The position numbers and the translations under genes are program-made. A stretch of 64,000 nucleotides of DNA. It comes from Dendrobates tinctorius. Taxonomy: Eukaryota. The stretch is from NCBI RefSeq assembly GCF_039654945.1, contig NW_027361787.1, positions 3,038,001-3,102,000 on the forward strand, written 5' to 3'. Below the pieces are notes generated by a model. That model was not told the DNA's origin. It saw only the letters and a list, made by a program, of their open reading frames with translations, and did no database searches. Below are positions 61,254 to 64,000 of the stretch, piece after piece. Position 1 is the stretch's first letter, and each line of letters opens with the position of its first letter.

Positions 61254-62950
61254 CCCCTTTCTGACATCCGATGTACTATCCCGTCCATGGGACCCGGGCC
61301 CCTATGCCCATGGACGGGATAGTACGTCTACCGCGATCAGCGGCGCCCACGTGGTGAGCGGCGCTGATCGCGGCCGGGTGTCAGCTGATTATCACAGCTG
61401 ACACCCGGCACAATGTGTCAGGGGCGGTCACGGACCGCCCCCGACATGTTAACCCCTTGCACACCGCGATCAAACATGATCGCGGTGTACCGGGGGTTAA
61501 AGGGAAGCATCGGCAGGGAGGGGGCTCCCTCCATGCTTCCCTGAGCCCCCCACGGCAGCGCAATGTGCAGCGCTGCTGCGTGGGGCTCCTTTGCTCCAGG
61601 CCCCCGAATCCAAGATGGCGACGGGGGCCTTCGGGGGCCTGCAGGAAGCTGGCTTCCTCAGTGCCTGCAAAGCGCAGGCATGAGGAAGCTTTCTGCACTG
61701 CCTGTGACAGATCGCTGATCTGTCACAGTGATCTGTGATGTGACAGATCAGCGATCTGTCACAGGACAGTGATGTCTCACCTGGGACTATTTAATAAAGC
61801 TAAAAAAAAAATAAAAAAGTGTTAAAATAATTTTAAAAAAATCGCCAAATAAATTAGAAAAAAAAAAAAAATATTCCCCCAATGAATCCATTTTTTGGAA
61901 ATACATAAAAAAAAAACAATAAAAGTACACATATTAGGTATCGCCGCATCCGTAACAACCCGCCCTATAAAACTGTCCCATTAGTTAACCCCTTTAGTGA
62001 ACCCCTTAAAAAATAAAAATAAAAAACGAAGCAAAAAATAATGATTTATTATCATACTGCCAAACAAAAAGTGTAATAACGCATGATCAAAAAGACGCAT
62101 ATAAATATCCATGGTACCGCTGAAAACGTCATCTTGTCCCGCAAAAAACGAGCCACCACACAGCATCATCAGCGAAAAAATAAAAAAGTTATAGCTCGCA
62201 GAATAAAGCGATGCAAAAATAATTATTTTTTATATAAAATAGTTTTCATTGCATAAAACCGACAAAACATAAAAAACGACCTAAATGAGGTATCGCTGTA
62301 ACCGTACTGACCCGAAGAATAAAACTGCTTGATCAATTTTACCGCACGTGGAACGGTGTAAACGCACCCCCCCAAAAGAAATTCATGAAACGCTGGTTTT
62401 TGTTCATTCTGCGTCCCAAAAATCAGAATAAAAAGCGATCAAAAAATGTCACATGCCCGAAAATGGTGCCAATAAAAACATCAACTCGTCCCGCAAAAAA
62501 TAAGACCTCACATGACTCGGTGTGTCAAAATACGGAAAAATTATAGCTCTCAATATGTGGTGATGCAAAAACTATTTTTACAATAAAAAGCGTCTTTTAG
62601 CGTGCGACAGCTGCCAAACATAAAAACCACCATAAATAGTAAATCAAACCCCCCGTTATCACCCCCTTAGTTAGGGAAAAATAATAAAATAAAAAAAATG
62701 TATTTATTTCCATTTTTCCATTAGGGTTAGGGCTAGGGTTAGGGTTTAGGTAGGGTTAGGGCTGAGATTAGGGTTAGGGGTGTGTTGGGGTTCGGGTTGG
62801 AGTTAGAATTGGGGGTCTCCACTGTTTGGGCACATCAGGGGCTCTCCAAATGCATCATGGCATCTGATCTCAATTCCAGCCAATTCTGAGTTGAAAAAGT
62901 CAAATGGTGCTCCTTCCCTTCCAAGCTCTGCCATGCGCCCAAACAGTGGG
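61254..62950. mobile_element. piggyBac-type non-autonomous element (left part)
   Basis: TTAA|ccccttt terminus truncating the Penelope 3' end; internal palindromes and a TTAGGG-like tract; right end not found. Confidence 0.6.
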
Positions 62951-62954
62951 TGAC

Positions 62955-63573
62955 AGGACAATTGTGTACAAGATAATTGTGTACGGACTATTGTGTACAG
63001 ACAATTGTGTACAGGCCAATTGTGTACAATGACAATTGTGTACAAGGCAATTGTGTACAAGGCGATTGTGTACAAGGCAATTGTGTACAAGGCAATTGTG
63101 TACGGGCAATTGTGTACAAGGCAATTGTGTACGGGCAATTGTGTACGGACAATTGTGTACAAGGCAATTGTGTACGGGCAATTGTGTACAAGGCAATTGT
63201 GTACGGACAATTGTGTACAAGGCAATTGTGTACAAGGCAATTGTGTACGGGCAATTGTGTACAAGGTCATGGAACCGTGTACAAGAGGCAATTGTGTACG
63301 GACAATTGTGTACAAGGCAATTATTTGTGTACAGGCCACTTGTACAGGCCACTTTCACACTGACGCTTACTTTCGGTTGTCTGTACACAATTGTCCTTGG
63401 ACACAATTGCCCTGTACACAATTGTCCTTGGACACAATTGCCCTGTACACAATTGTCCTTGTACACAATTGTCCTTGTACACAATTGTCCTTGGACACAA
63501 TTGGCCTGTACACAATTTTCTGTACACAATTGTCCGTACACAATTATCTTGTACACAATTGTCATGGAACCGG
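62955..63573. repeat. Foldback array of 15-bp units (ggcaattgtgtacaa) in two inverted arms
   Basis: Left arm 62955-63340 and right arm 63381-63565 are mirror images, unit by unit, at their outer ends. Confidence 0.88.
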
Positions 63574-63689
63574 ACACACCATATGCAGAAGCCCTAATAT
63601 AACTAAATGACAGGAAACCAGAACAGTCGAAATCCCATAAAGTGATTCCATTTTATAAATTAATTCACTGAGGGTTATAATCCTTAGCA

Positions 63690-64000
63690 GGAGTGAACAT
63701 TTTGGCTCCACAGCCACTTATCGGAAATTAACACTCAGTGGATGTTGGAGAGTGATAATTAGACATTTGCCATTTTATTACCCAGCACATAGTGCCCAGA
63801 TTGTGCTCCAGGAGACACCGCAAATTAAGTGGATTCTTCTCACTATAATATTGCTAAATACAGTGATCTTAAATGTTGTTTGCGCACACTGCAAGACTCC
63901 GAAGTGAGAGCGGATTTTGCTGGATTGGTTTATAGAAACCTTGTTGGTTTTCAACAGCCTTTGAGCCACTAATAGTGTGGGAACCTCTGTTTTTCCATTG
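63690..64000 (+). repeat. Paralog of the intronic block upstream of the zinc-finger exon (about 52275-52590)
   Basis: ccacagccact...ggaaattaacac...gtgctccaggagacac...tagtgtgggaacctctgtttttcca is collinear in both places. Confidence 0.85.

Noticed and set aside
62721-62805. TTAGGG-like tract (also taaccc-like at 40840-40935)
   Set aside because: Short, degenerate and embedded in MITE sequence; not evidence of a telomere or fusion site.

Overview
Eukaryotic, repeat-dense DNA. It looks like an anuran (frog) KRAB/C2H2 zinc-finger gene cluster of the XlCOF/XlCGF type; the organism assignment is inference. One complete + strand KRAB-ZNF gene can be spliced by hand: coding exons 31352-31429, 31559-31738, 31821-31944, 32028-32125, 32324-32414 and 52897-54014, giving about 562 aa with 10 C2H2 fingers and a 20.5-kb last intron. 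Divergent from it, on the - strand, lie two tandem near-identical copies of the N-terminal/KRAB exon cassette (6015-10452 and 518-1652) that can be joined in frame. Most of the rest is nested transposable elements: an open-ORF Tc1, Helitron-like units, L2 (x2, one with a 2A-like peptide), L1, CR1, a DIRS1 with terminal repeats and ICR, a pro-RT-deleted tRNA-Lys ERV with env, a self-priming chromodomain Gypsy and a Penelope. There are also small Penelope-type hairpin insertions (one with a hammerhead-like motif), MITEs, solo LTRs, mini/satellites and a foldback array. All alignments and coordinates were read by eye; no database search was run.
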